The notes: a model not told the origin generated them from the sequence alone. A stretch of DNA of 64,000 bases from an uncultured Spirochaetota bacterium (GCA_963845535.1 CAWJSK010000012.1:224001-288000), one strand, 5' to 3'; positions 36,845-47,247 are shown, numbered from the stretch's first letter. Made by a program: numbers and translations.

Positions 36845-37969
36845 GTGAAAACGAAAGCTCTGGTAAAGGAACTCCAAAGGCAGATCAAGCCGGACGTCGA
36901 CGCCCACTACCCGGGGCAGGCGCTCGTGGATTGGTTTTCGCGAGGCCAGGACGCGGACCTTTGGCGCATCAACGCCTTTGTCGTTGCGGAGCAGCTGGAG
37001 GTTGACCGCGGAAAACTCCTTGCGACTTTCCTCCGGCTCGTGCGGGAGGGCGTTCTTGACCTGAGCTGGGACTTCCACTGCACCACGTGCAACGCCGTTG
37101 CCGGCAACCACCGCCACCTCCAGGAAGCCACCGCCGGCGGCCACTGCCCCTTGTGCAACGTGGACTTCCGCAATGACCTTGCCCGCAATGTCGAGGTCAC
37201 GTTCACGCCGAGCGCCAATCTCTACACGGTTGACCGGAGGTTCCTGGACGACCAGACCCGGATTACCGTCCAGCTTCACAAGGAAAAGAAGATCAAACTG
37301 CCGGGCACGTACGTTACCGGGATGGATTGCCTGCACGTTCCACTCTTCCGCGAAATGTTCGAGACCGAGACGCTGTCCATCCGGGAAAGCCTGAGCATCA
37401 GCCAGGTGTGCATCATGTTCACCGACATCAAGGGATCCACGGCCCTCTACGACCGGCTGGGGGACTCCTCTGCATACGCCCTCGTGCGGGACCACTTCGA
37501 CATACTGTTCAAGGCGGTGGAGAACCATGGAGGCGTGATCGTCAAGACGATCGGGGACTCGGTGATGGCGTCGTTTCGCCGTCCTGCCGACGGCGTGGCC
37601 GCGGCCATGGCAATCCAGGAGGGGTTCGAGGAGTTCAACAGGCGGGAGAACCTCAAGAACGAGATCATCGTCAAAGTCGGCGTTCACGCCGGCAGCACCA
37701 TCATGGTGAACCTCAACAACAGGCTGGACTATTTCGGGCAGGTCGTGAACATGGCCGCGCGCATCCAGGGCACGGCGGACGGAGGGGAGATCATCATCTC
37801 GAAGGATGTGCGGAGCGACGCAGGAGCCATTGAGCGCATGCGGGGCCGCGTGAGAGGGCTCACCCGGCGGCTTCAGACGCTGAAGGGCATTTCCGGGGCG
37901 CAGGAAACGTTCCGCCTGGAGTTCAGCCCCGCGTGGAAAGCCGCAACCGTCCCGACGCTTACCCGTTGA
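36845..37969 (+). CDS. DUF5939 + class III adenylate cyclase
   Basis: LWRIN, LSWDFHCTTC...CPLC...VEVTFT; MFTDIKGSTALY, VKTIGDSVMA, LDYFGQVVNMAAR. Confidence 0.92.
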   Translation: MKTKALVKELQRQIKPDVDAHYPGQALVDWFSRGQDADLWRINAFVVAEQLEVDRGKLLATFLRLVREGVLDLSWDFHCTTCNAVAGNHRHLQEATAGGHCPLCNVDFRNDLARNVEVTFTPSANLYTVDRRFLDDQTRITVQLHKEKKIKLPGTYVTGMDCLHVPLFREMFETETLSIRESLSISQVCIMFTDIKGSTALYDRLGDSSAYALVRDHFDILFKAVENHGGVIVKTIGDSVMASFRRPADGVAAAMAIQEGFEEFNRRENLKNEIIVKVGVHAGSTIMVNLNNRLDYFGQVVNMAARIQGTADGGEIIISKDVRSDAGAIERMRGRVRGLTRRLQTLKGISGAQETFRLEFSPAWKAATVPTLTR

Positions 37970-38402
37970 CCGACATGAGGCGCGTAAAGCGAACCAGCTG
38001 GCTTGGTCTTCGCAGCGCGCCCCCTATCTTCACCCGGCCCGTGAGCAGCCCCTTTCGAAGCGCACTGCCCTCTTTCCCGAAAAGGAAAGGGAGACCGAAC
38101 ATGATCCTGACGGCGGCCAGCCCCAGGAGCCCTTCGGCAGAGGCGCGGACCCTGATGTCGGGCGCGCCATGGATGCCTCCATGCACCGTAAGGGCCCCGC
38201 GGTCGAAGGCAAGGGTGACCGAAACTTCCGCATCCACTGCTTCCAGGGAAATAAGGGAATCCAGCCGGGCGAAGTCAGCCCATTTGCCGGGGCTCTGCTC
38301 GAGGTTGGCCCGTATGAGGTCAGCGAGCATCACGGCCAGCCCGACCTCTGCCGCCCCCTCTGCAAGGCGCACGTACTCCCGTGCTTCCCAGCGGGGAGTC
38401 AT
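37959..38402 (-). CDS. SCP2 sterol/lipid-binding domain protein
   Basis: VTLAFDRGALTV, PDIRVRA, LLTGRVKIGG; ATGA coupling to the ADH gene. Confidence 0.65.
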   Translation of the reverse strand: MTPRWEAREYVRLAEGAAEVGLAVMLADLIRANLEQSPGKWADFARLDSLISLEAVDAEVSVTLAFDRGALTVHGGIHGAPDIRVRASAEGLLGLAAVRIMFGLPFLFGKEGSALRKGLLTGRVKIGGALRRPSQLVRFTRLMSVNG

Positions 38403-39577
38403 GCCGGCTTTCCGGACCACGCCGCTTTCAGCACGCGCAGCACGTCCGCCGCGTTGGTGACAGGCTTGGGGTTCTGCACGATTGCGCCGTCTGACAACGT
38501 CATCTCCGCGCAGGCGGCAAGATCATCCTCAGGGACCCCCGCCTCCCGGAAGGTGCGGAGAAGGCCCACCTCCCCCACGAAGGCTGACACCGCCTCGGCT
38601 GCTTTCCCGCCCGCGGCCTCGTCACTCATTGCGCGAACGTCCACACCCATGGCTTCCGCAACCAGTCTGTGACGGTCAGCCACCACGTCGTTGTTATACC
38701 TCATCACGTGGGGCATGGCGATGGCGTTCGCAAGCCCGTGATGAACGCCGTGGCGCGCCCCCACCACGTGAGCGATGGCGTGGAGCAATCCCACCTGCGA
38801 GTTCGAGAACGCGGCTCCCGCCAGGGTGGCCGCAATCAGCATCTGCCCGCGGGCGCCGATGTCAGAGCCGTTCTTCACCGCAGTCGGGAGATGCCTCCGG
38901 ATCAACCTGATGGCATGCAGGCCGAGCGCGTCAGAGATGGGCTCCCGCAAGGCGGAGGTGAGCGCCTCATAGCCGTGGGAGAGCGCATCCAGCCCCGTGG
39001 CCGCGGTGAGAAACGCTGGCAAGCCGACGGTGAGGTTCGGGTCCAGGATGGCCACGTCCGGAATGATGTGATAGTCGCCGAAGCTCAACTTGCGCTTTCT
39101 CTCGTGGTCCTTGATGACCGCGAAATAGGTCACCTCCGAGCCGGTGCCCGCGGTGGTGGGGATGCAGATGTGGGGGGTCTGGCGGCGGGTGAGCAGTTGA
39201 AACCCCTGGTGGTCCAGGAGCGAACCGCCTTCGGTGAGGAGGATGGCGATTCCCTTGGCGGTGTCGATCACGCTGCCGCCGCCAATGCTCACAATGGAGT
39301 CCGCCCCCCGCGCGCGGCCAAGCTCGGCACCCGCGTTGACGGTGTGCACTCCGGAGTCGGGGGGAACGTCGGAGAAGACGCCGACGCAGGCCGGCCCGAG
39401 GGACGCAACCACTTTTGCCACGAGCTCGGTCTCGTGGAGAAAACCGTCGGTGACTACGAGCGCCTTCGCGCAGCCAAGGGCTGCAAGCTCCAGACCCACC
39501 TCTCGAGAGGCGCCGGCGCCAAAGACCACCTTCGTGGGGTTCGTGAACAGGAATGACAGATCCGACGGATAATCCAC
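38399..39577 (-). CDS. Iron-containing alcohol dehydrogenase
   Basis: GGGSVIDTAK, PTTAGTGSE, GLDALSH, HAIAH, HGLANA. Confidence 0.96.
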   Translation of the reverse strand: MDYPSDLSFLFTNPTKVVFGAGASREVGLELAALGCAKALVVTDGFLHETELVAKVVASLGPACVGVFSDVPPDSGVHTVNAGAELGRARGADSIVSIGGGSVIDTAKGIAILLTEGGSLLDHQGFQLLTRRQTPHICIPTTAGTGSEVTYFAVIKDHERKRKLSFGDYHIIPDVAILDPNLTVGLPAFLTAATGLDALSHGYEALTSALREPISDALGLHAIRLIRRHLPTAVKNGSDIGARGQMLIAATLAGAAFSNSQVGLLHAIAHVVGARHGVHHGLANAIAMPHVMRYNNDVVADRHRLVAEAMGVDVRAMSDEAAGGKAAEAVSAFVGEVGLLRTFREAGVPEDDLAACAEMTLSDGAIVQNPKPVTNAADVLRVLKAAWSGKPA

Positions 39578-39584
39578 GGCGTTG

Positions 39585-40004
39585 CTACTCGTCGAGGAAC
39601 TTCGTGTCGAGCTTCGCCGCGGAGTTCACAAGCTCCTGCGCTGCCTGCACCGCGCGAACGATTGTGGGCAGGTCTCCTTTGAGCTTGAGCTTGCCCTGCA
39701 TCATGCCTTTGATGGGCTCAAGCTCCTTGCGAAGCACCTGCTTCCACCTTCCATAGTCTCCGGTGATGCAGAACGGGGCCTTCATGGCTTCCGCGACACT
39801 CACGGACTTGGCCTCCCGGCACACCCCCCGGTCGAGGTCGAGCCAGATCCCGACGTCACCGGGAAAAGCGGGAGGCTGGGCCTTGCAGACCAAGGCGACC
39901 ACGCCGTAGATCCAATCCGCCGCCGCCGTCTTGTAGGCGGGGTTGCCGTTGATGGCGGCCTTGTACGCGGAGATCCATTCCTCGGTGAAAAACGGAATGC
40001 CCAT
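39585..40004 (-). CDS. SCP2 sterol/lipid-binding domain protein
   Basis: FFTEEW...IN, WLDL..G.CR, WKQVL...LEPIKGMMQGKLKLKGDL. Confidence 0.88.
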   Translation of the reverse strand: MGIPFFTEEWISAYKAAINGNPAYKTAAADWIYGVVALVCKAQPPAFPGDVGIWLDLDRGVCREAKSVSVAEAMKAPFCITGDYGRWKQVLRKELEPIKGMMQGKLKLKGDLPTIVRAVQAAQELVNSAAKLDTKFLDE

Positions 40005-40022
40005 GGACGCCCCCTTTTTTCT

Positions 40023-41522
40023 CTAGTCGTTGAGGATGTAGTCGTACCAGAACTTCTTCGACCTCGGAAGGGCGAGGTCGACGTGGATATGCTTGACCTG
40101 CGTGTATTCCAGCAGCCCGTGCGGTCCCATCTCTCGGCCCACCCCTGACTGCTTGTACCCGCCGAAGGGCGCGCGGGCGTTCAGGAGGTGGAAGTCGTTG
40201 ATCCATACCGTTCCTGTCCTAATGCGCTTGGCAATGGCGATGGCTTTCGGGATGTCCCGGGAGAAAACCGCTCCTCCCAGGCCGTAGATGCTGTCATTCG
40301 CCATCGAGATTGCGTCATCCAGATTGTCGTAGCGGATCACCGTGAGCACGGGCCCGAAAATTTCTTCCCGCGCAATCGTCGAGGTGTTGGAGACGCCCTC
40401 GAATATGGTGGGCTGCACGTACCAGCCCTTCTTCATGTCGGCCGGCGCGTGCCCGCCGCACACGAGGCGCGCCCCTTCTTTTCGGCCCGTCTCGATGTAC
40501 CCGAGCACGCGCGTGAGCTGCGCCTTGGAGACGAGAGGCCCCAGGGCGGTCTGGAAATCAGCGGGATCACCGACGGTGACGTGGCCGACCCTCTCCGTGG
40601 CGCGCTCCATGAACTCGTCATAGATGGAGGACGAGACAAAGCATCGCGTGCCGGATTCGCAGGCCTGCCCCGCAAAGAAGAACGTGCCGAACAACGCCCC
40701 ATCCACCGCAACGGACAGATCAGCATCATCACAGATGATGGTGGGGCTTTTTCCACCCAGCTCCAGGGTGACTTTCTTGATGGTGTCCGCCGCGAGCTTC
40801 ATGACGCGCCGGCCCGTCTCCGTGGAGCCGGTGAACGCCACCTTGTCCACCATCGGGTTCGTGCACAACTCCTCCCCCACTTCGGGGCCCGAGCCGACTA
40901 CGACGTTCAGCACCCCCGGCGGGAGATCACACTCGGCAGCCGCCTTGGCCAGCTCAAGGGCCGTCAAGGGAGTGTCGCTCGCGGGCTTGAGGACCATCGA
41001 GTTGCCCATGATGAGCGCGGGGGCGACTTTCCAGACCGCAATCATGAAAGGAAGGTTCCACGGGACGATCCCCGCGCAGACGCCAATGGGCTCGCGGTTG
41101 ACGAAGTTCCATGAGACGGCCGGGACGTCGATCCAGGGCAGGGGCTCATACGTTGGCACGCGTTCACCCAGCTCCACGAGCGTCTGGAAGTGCTCGATGC
41201 CGAAAGGGATCTCCATGAACGAGGTCTGGCGGATGGTTGCGCCGGAGTCCGCGGACTCCAGGCGGGCAAGCTCGTCCTGGCGGCCCTTGAGCTTCTCCAC
41301 GATGCGCATGAGGACTTTTGCGCGGTCCCGCACATCCATTCCGCTCCACACGCCGGAATCGAATGACCGGCGGGCAGCTTCGATGGCGCGCCGCGCGTCT
41401 GCCTTTGCGGCCACAGGAACGAGGGCGATGGGCTCCTCAGTTGCCGGGTTGAGCGTCGGCCTGCATTCGCCAGAACCGGCATCCACGAACCTGCCGTCGA
41501 TGTACATCTGGTACTTTTCCAT
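40023..41522 (-). CDS. NAD(P)-dependent aldehyde dehydrogenase
   Basis: PWNLP, KPA, FTGSTETG, LELGGKSP, GQACESG, EEIFGPV, PFGGYKQSG. Confidence 0.97.
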   Translation of the reverse strand: MEKYQMYIDGRFVDAGSGECRPTLNPATEEPIALVPVAAKADARRAIEAARRSFDSGVWSGMDVRDRAKVLMRIVEKLKGRQDELARLESADSGATIRQTSFMEIPFGIEHFQTLVELGERVPTYEPLPWIDVPAVSWNFVNREPIGVCAGIVPWNLPFMIAVWKVAPALIMGNSMVLKPASDTPLTALELAKAAAECDLPPGVLNVVVGSGPEVGEELCTNPMVDKVAFTGSTETGRRVMKLAADTIKKVTLELGGKSPTIICDDADLSVAVDGALFGTFFFAGQACESGTRCFVSSSIYDEFMERATERVGHVTVGDPADFQTALGPLVSKAQLTRVLGYIETGRKEGARLVCGGHAPADMKKGWYVQPTIFEGVSNTSTIAREEIFGPVLTVIRYDNLDDAISMANDSIYGLGGAVFSRDIPKAIAIAKRIRTGTVWINDFHLLNARAPFGGYKQSGVGREMGPHGLLEYTQVKHIHVDLALPRSKKFWYDYILND

Positions 41523-41553
41523 GCGCGCCTCCCCCGAGGAAACAGACACGGGC

Positions 41554-41582
41554 ATGATACCGGGTGCGGAGTGAGAACGCAA
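41554..41582 (-). promoter_or_regulatory. Putative sigma70 promoter TTGCGT-N17-TATCAT for the ALDH operon
   Basis: Near-consensus hexamers with 17-nt spacer upstream of GGAGG RBS. Confidence 0.5.
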
Positions 41583-41668
41583 GGGAATGGGCTTCTGGGC
41601 TCCCGCCTCCGCGCGCCAGGGGCGCCTTCCGCGCATCCATGCGCTCGGCGCCCCTCCGACATCCAGGT

Positions 41669-42712
41669 CTAGGGCAGCCTGTTGAACCACAGGAGGGAGA
41701 ATGCTCCGGCCACCAGCAGCAGGACAGCCGCCGCGGCAACGAACAGGGCCGTTATCTCGGTCTTCTCACGATCCACCATCAGGCGCGTGCTGAGGTTTTC
41801 GTATATCCTGTGCAGGTCCTCTTCGCTGCTCGCCTTCGTGTAGGTGCCGGCTGTTTTGCCCGCAATAGCCTTCAGCGTGGCCTCGTCGAGGATCACGCGA
41901 AAAGAGAAGCCCTCGAACCCGATGATCGCCCCTTCCTTGGTGCCGACCCCCACCGTGTACACGCGCACGCCGAGGTTGGCCGCCTTGTCCGCCACGTCCA
42001 GCGGGTCAGGCCCCTGGTTGCTCTGGCCGTCGCTCATCAGCACAATGACGGCGCTCTTGTAGCTCCCCGGCGGCACCGGGGGAGGCTCCTGCTGGTCGGG
42101 GGGAGGCGCGGCGGCAAGGGGATTGTTCGGGTCCGGCGGCGGCGTGTCAGTTGCGGCGGCCTGGTTCTGGTCCGGCTTCTCGAAGATCGTATCCAACGCC
42201 GCCTGCAGCCCGCTGCCAATGGCGGTGTAGCGCTCGGGATGCATCCGGTTGACCGCTGCCATGAGCTGGTCATTGTCCGTGGTGGGGGGCTGGATCAGCT
42301 CCGCGGTGCCGCTGAACGCGACAATCCCGATCCGTACGTTGCGCGGCCTTCTCTGGATGAAGATCCTCGCCGCTTCCTTCACGGCTTCCATTCGGGTGGG
42401 CTTGATGTCGGTGGCTCTCATGCTGCCGGACACGTCCATGGAAAGGATGACAATGCCCTCCTCCGAGGGAATATCCACCGTTGCGCTCGGACGCGCCAGG
42501 GCAAAGATGATCACTGCAATGCCGGCCAGGAACAGCGCCGCGGGAATGTGGCGGCGGATCCCTGGCCCCTTGCCCAGGGCGTCCTTGACGAGCGTCAGGC
42601 TGGCGTACCGCAGGGCGTATTTCTGCCTGCGCCGCTGGGCAAGCACGTACAAGCCCGCCAGGACCGGTACGAGCGCCAGCAGCCACAGCATTCCGCCCCA
42701 GATGAAGCTCAT
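41669..42712 (-). CDS. VWA domain membrane protein (BatA-like)
   Basis: N-terminal TM, ALARP, MIDAS DVSGSM, TAIG, LMSDG, C-terminal TM. Confidence 0.93.
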   Translation of the reverse strand: MSFIWGGMLWLLALVPVLAGLYVLAQRRRQKYALRYASLTLVKDALGKGPGIRRHIPAALFLAGIAVIIFALARPSATVDIPSEEGIVILSMDVSGSMRATDIKPTRMEAVKEAARIFIQRRPRNVRIGIVAFSGTAELIQPPTTDNDQLMAAVNRMHPERYTAIGSGLQAALDTIFEKPDQNQAAATDTPPPDPNNPLAAAPPPDQQEPPPVPPGSYKSAVIVLMSDGQSNQGPDPLDVADKAANLGVRVYTVGVGTKEGAIIGFEGFSFRVILDEATLKAIAGKTAGTYTKASSEEDLHRIYENLSTRLMVDREKTEITALFVAAAAVLLLVAGAFSLLWFNRLP

Positions 42713-42722
42713 GAGCAACCCC

Positions 42723-43724
42723 TCATAACGAAAGAGACTCTTTCACGCTGCCAGAAGCAGACGCCGGCCCGGCAGCGGGAAGCGGCGAGGTGACGGCGGC
42801 CCCTGCCACGGCGCCAGTCCGTGAAGAGGCCAAATGCTTGCGCCTCTTGCGCAGCGTGGCAAACTTGACGATCTCCGCCACGAGGTCTCCCTCCGTGGAC
42901 ACCTCGAGCCCGTCAGTGGCGCAGCGAGCCAGGGAAGCCGCGAGGTCCGCCTCCCTCTTCCGAGCGAACCCCTCGAATCGGGCCCGAAAAGCGGCGTCGT
43001 GCGTGTTGAGGAACAACTGCTGCCCTGACTCGGCGTCCTCCATGATCACCATCCCGATGTCGGGAAGGGAGAGCTCGCGCGGATCGAGAAGGCGCACGGC
43101 CACCGCCTCGTGCCGCTGGGTGAGGATGGCAAGCGGGCGTTCCCAGCCGGGGGCGCTGATGAAATCGGAAACGACGAACAGGAGCGACGGCCGCCGAACC
43201 ACGCGCGCGGCGGCTTCCAGGAGCGTGCTGAGCCGGGTCATGGGAGCGCGCGGCAGGCGCGGCTCCGAGAGCAGGTCGGCAATCAACCGAAGGACCTGCA
43301 TCCGCCCCGTCTCCGCGGGAATGACGCGGATCGCGTTCCCGTTGTAGATGAGAGCGCCCACGCGGTTGCCATGGCGCGTGAGAAGGCGCGCAAGCACGCC
43401 CACGCAATCCACCAGGAGGTGTCTCTTGCTCGTGCGGGCGGTCCCGAAGTCCATGGATGGGCTGAGGTCGAGAAGAAACCACGCCGTAAGGTCCCTATCC
43501 TCCACGCGCAGGCGTATGTAGGGGGTCTGCATCCGCGCCGTCACGTACCAGTCGATGGCCCGCACGTCATCGTTCCACTGGTACTCGCGCAGCTCCGCAA
43601 GCTCGAGACCGAACCCGCGGAACACGGTCTTGTAGCTCCCCTGGAGAAGGCCGTCCAGCCGGCGGATCACCGTCCAGTCCAGCCTCTGGAGGACCCTTTC
43701 AGGCGCCGACGCTGGAGCTGGCAT
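42723..43724 (-). CDS. DUF58 domain protein
   Basis: G.GLE.AELREYQ..DDVRAIDW.VTAR, LDLSPSMDFG, VSDF. Confidence 0.93.
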   Translation of the reverse strand: MPAPASAPERVLQRLDWTVIRRLDGLLQGSYKTVFRGFGLELAELREYQWNDDVRAIDWYVTARMQTPYIRLRVEDRDLTAWFLLDLSPSMDFGTARTSKRHLLVDCVGVLARLLTRHGNRVGALIYNGNAIRVIPAETGRMQVLRLIADLLSEPRLPRAPMTRLSTLLEAAARVVRRPSLLFVVSDFISAPGWERPLAILTQRHEAVAVRLLDPRELSLPDIGMVIMEDAESGQQLFLNTHDAAFRARFEGFARKREADLAASLARCATDGLEVSTEGDLVAEIVKFATLRKRRKHLASSRTGAVAGAAVTSPLPAAGPASASGSVKESLSL

Positions 43725-44754
43725 TGCCGTACACGGGCTGGGGCGACGGAACGGATTCCAGCACCCGCTGCAGGATGGCATCCGCGGACACGCCGTCGGA
43801 GAGAGCCTCATAGGAGGTCACGAGGCGATGGCGCATCACATCGAACGCGAGGTCGTCGAGGTCCTGTGGCACGGCATAGGACCTGCCCCGGATGAAAGCC
43901 AACGCCCTGGCGCCGATGACGAGGTTGATGGGCGCGCGCGGGCTTGCCCCGTACACGATATACTTGCCGATGTCGGACACCCCGAACTTCTCGGGATCCC
44001 GCGTGGCAGCGGCCAGGCGCACCGCGTGCTGGATCAGGAGCGGATCCACGAACACCTTCTGCGCCGCGCGGCGCAGCTCGATCAGTCGATCACTCGTCGT
44101 GACCGGGTTCACCGGAGGGAGGTCCGCGATCATCCTTTCGACAATGACGTACTCCTCGGTTTCCTCGGGATAATCGACGAGCACCTTCATCATGAACCTG
44201 TCCACCTGCGCCTCGGGCAGGGGGTAGGTTCCATCCGTCTCGATGGGGTTCTGCGTCGCCATGACGAGGAACGGGTCGGGCACCTTGTAGGTCTCCCCGC
44301 CGATGGTCACCTGCCGCTCCTGCATCACCTCCAGGAGCGCGCTCTGCACTTTGGCGGGCGCCCGGTTGATCTCATCCGCCAGGAGGAGGTTGGCGAACAC
44401 GGGCCCAAGCGCGGTGTAGAAATCCCCCGTCTTCTGGTTGTAGATGCGGGTCCCGACCAGGTCAGCCGGGACAAGGTCAGGGGTGAACTGAACGCGCTTG
44501 AACGTTCCCTGGATAGTCTGCGCAAGAGTCTTGATGGTCAGTGTCTTGGCAAGGCCCGGGACCCCTTCAACAAGAAGGTGCCCCTGGCACAGGACGGCCA
44601 CAAGCACGCGCTCCAGGAGGTGGTCCTGGCCCACAATGACCTTCTTGACCTCGTAGAGGATCTGCTCCATGAGACGGGCTTCGTCGGTCTGTCCCGAGCT
44701 GCCGTCCGTTGTTTCCGAAGGGGGGCCGGATCTGTACGACTCGTTGAGTTCCAT
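43699..44754 (-). CDS. MoxR-family AAA+ ATPase
   Basis: LVEGVPGLAKT, RVQFTPDLVPADLVG, LADEINRAPAKVQSALLE, ATQNPIE, GASPRA. Confidence 0.97.
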   Translation of the reverse strand: MELNESYRSGPPSETTDGSSGQTDEARLMEQILYEVKKVIVGQDHLLERVLVAVLCQGHLLVEGVPGLAKTLTIKTLAQTIQGTFKRVQFTPDLVPADLVGTRIYNQKTGDFYTALGPVFANLLLADEINRAPAKVQSALLEVMQERQVTIGGETYKVPDPFLVMATQNPIETDGTYPLPEAQVDRFMMKVLVDYPEETEEYVIVERMIADLPPVNPVTTSDRLIELRRAAQKVFVDPLLIQHAVRLAAATRDPEKFGVSDIGKYIVYGASPRAPINLVIGARALAFIRGRSYAVPQDLDDLAFDVMRHRLVTSYEALSDGVSADAILQRVLESVPSPQPVYGNASSSVGA

Positions 44755-44774
44755 GGAATGAAAGCTCCTTTCAA

Positions 44775-45647
44775 TCAATACGGAAGACCGCCCATCATGC
44801 CCGCGGCGGTCTCGATGGGGATGGCGAACCCTATCCCAATGAAGACCTCCTGGGCTGTCGGGTTGAGCAGCGCGGTGACAATCCCCACAACCTCCCCGTT
44901 GCGGTTGACCAGCGGTCCGCCGGAGTTGCCCGGGTTCACCGCGGCGTCAAACTGTATGAGGTCCTTGAGCGTCGCGCCCGTTTCCTTGGAGGTGAAGGAT
45001 CGTCCCTTGCCGGAAACCACTCCGGCGGATGCAGAGTTCAGGAGCCCGAAGGGGTTGCCCACGGCAATCACCTCATCCCCCTGGCTGAGCGAAGAGGAGG
45101 CAACCAGCGTGGCGGGCTTGAGGTCGTCAGGAATGGTGTTTGCGCGCAGGACCGCCAGGTCATTCTCCGGCTGGCGCATGACCACCTGCGCGTCCGACTC
45201 GGTGCCGTCATCCGCGAAGATGACGCGCACCCTCACCGCGTCCTTCACCACGTGGAGGCACGTGAGGATGATTCCCGTGTCCGTGATGACCACCCCCGTA
45301 CCCAGCGCTCCGCGGCCGCCCTTGCCTTCCGTGTTGACGAAAATGTCGACCAGGGAAGGGTAGATGGTCTGGTAGGCAATGGATGCGTCTGAGGGCTTGA
45401 CGGGAAGAGCCTGGAGCGTGCGGCCCACGGCCGCGTCTATGTCCCTCTGCGTAAGCCGCTGAGGAGGCGGTTTGAGGGCGTCGTAGATGAGGATGGCCGC
45501 AACCACCAGGACGACATTGGCCGCAATAATGATGAAACGGCCAAACCGCGCATATATGCGTCGGAAGAACCCCTTCACGAGCTGCCAGTCTGAGGGCGGC
45601 TCGGCCGGAGGTTCCTCACGGCCTTTTTGAGGGAGGGATATGGTCAT
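44775..45647 (-). CDS. Membrane-anchored trypsin-like (S1C/HtrA-like, no PDZ) serine protease
   Basis: N-terminal TM; ILTCLHV, NDLAVL, IQFDAAVNPGNSGGPL. Confidence 0.93.
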   Translation of the reverse strand: MTISLPQKGREEPPAEPPSDWQLVKGFFRRIYARFGRFIIIAANVVLVVAAILIYDALKPPPQRLTQRDIDAAVGRTLQALPVKPSDASIAYQTIYPSLVDIFVNTEGKGGRGALGTGVVITDTGIILTCLHVVKDAVRVRVIFADDGTESDAQVVMRQPENDLAVLRANTIPDDLKPATLVASSSLSQGDEVIAVGNPFGLLNSASAGVVSGKGRSFTSKETGATLKDLIQFDAAVNPGNSGGPLVNRNGEVVGIVTALLNPTAQEVFIGIGFAIPIETAAGMMGGLPY

Positions 45648-45761
45648 GCGTCGCCGCTCGCCAAAGCTTCTTGACGTCCTGCGGGTAAAACGCACGCCTT
45701 TTCCCTCGTTGCCAGGGAACACCACGGTATAACTTACTGCCGGAACGGCCGGGGGGAAATG

Positions 45762-47233
45762 ATGAACGCCAGTCCCCAAGGACCCAGCGCGGTTGACTCC
45801 CTTGTCGAGACTGCCCGCGCGCGCATGGGCGTCTCCTATCTCTACCCTCTCCAGCGCTTCGTCATCTCGAACACGTTGGACGGAAAATCTCAGATCGTCG
45901 TTCTTCCCACGGGGGCGGGCAAATCCCTCTGCTTCCAGCTCCCCGCCCTGCTTCTGGGCGGACCGACGCTCGTCCTCGTTCCCCTTCTTTCCCTCATGGC
46001 TGACCAGCTTCGCAAGCTCCAGGAAACAGGCGTTGCAGCCGCGGTCCTTCGCGGTGGGTTGTCACGGCAGGAAAAGGCTGACTTGTTTCAGCGGATCCGC
46101 GAAGGCAAAGCGCCCCTCGTGTTCGCCACCCCGGAAGCCTGCCTGGTGGAATCGAACTTGTGGCAGCTTCGCTCCTGCGCGTTTCGCCACCTCGTGATCG
46201 ACGAGGCGCATTGCGTCTCGCAGTGGGGTGACAGTTTTCGTCCCGCGTATCGGGAAGTCGGCGCCCTGGCGCGCAGGCTCGCGATCCCCGTGCGGACGGC
46301 CTTCACGGCAACGGCTTCCCAGGCCGTGATCGACCGGATCAAAGAGCTGGTCTTCGGCGATGGGGACGTGAGGGTCCTGGCTGCCGCGCCAGACAGGCCG
46401 AACATCTTCTACGCCGTTTCGCCGGTCCTGTCCCTGAGCCACGCGCTGGAGGAAGATTGCGCGCGGCGCTCCCCGGCCCGTCCTTGCGTTCTTCCGCACG
46501 CGAAACGAGACGGAGATCGCGGCGCGCACCGTGCGCCGCCGCCTTGGGGACGAGCAAGTACGCTTCTACCACGCAGGGCTTTCGCGGGAAGAGCGCGGGG
46601 ACGTCGAGGAATGGTACCTGGCGAGCGCGAACGGGGCCCTTTTCGCAACGTGCGCCTACGGGATGGGGGTCGACAAGCCTGATATCAGGACGGTTGTCCA
46701 CGTTGGAGCGCCGTCCTCGGTGGAAGCGTATCTCCAGGAAACGGGGAGGGCTGGACGGGACGGGAAACCATCACGCGCGGTGCTCCTTGTGTCACGGGAG
46801 GACACGGCGTTCGTGTCCGGCCTTCCGGAGGGACGGGACCGGCAAAGCTACCAGCGGATGCTCGCGTACGCGCTCCTCTCATGGCGCCTGCCGGCGCCAG
46901 ATGCTCCTGGACCTCATTGGCGCGGAGCCGGTTGCGTGTTCGGGATGCGACGTGTGCGCCGGCGCCGAGTCGGCCGCGGCGGCAGGCGAGCGGGAGATCC
47001 TGGACTTCGCGCGGCGCCTGCCGCGCAGGTTTGCCGTGGCGCAGGCGGCGGAAATCCTTGCCGGCGCGCGCGGGCCGCGGCCGACTCGGCGCTTTCACGA
47101 CTGCGTCAAAGGGTATGGCAGCCTTGAAGGCTGGGCAAAAGAGGATGTGGAAGCGGCCATCCGCGAGCTTGTGATCCGTGGATCACTTTCGGTGACACGG
47201 CGAGGTCCCTGGAAGCACACCCTCAGGGCGTAG
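45762..47233 (+). CDS. recQ: RecQ-family ATP-dependent DNA helicase (frameshifts ~46450 and ~46876)
   Basis: LPTGAGKSLCFQLP, IDEAHCVSQWG, TATA, YHAG, GMGVDKPDIR, YLQETGRAGRDG, CRR...CSGCDVC across three frames. Confidence 0.92.
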
Positions 47234-47247
47234 CCTCCGAACGGCGG

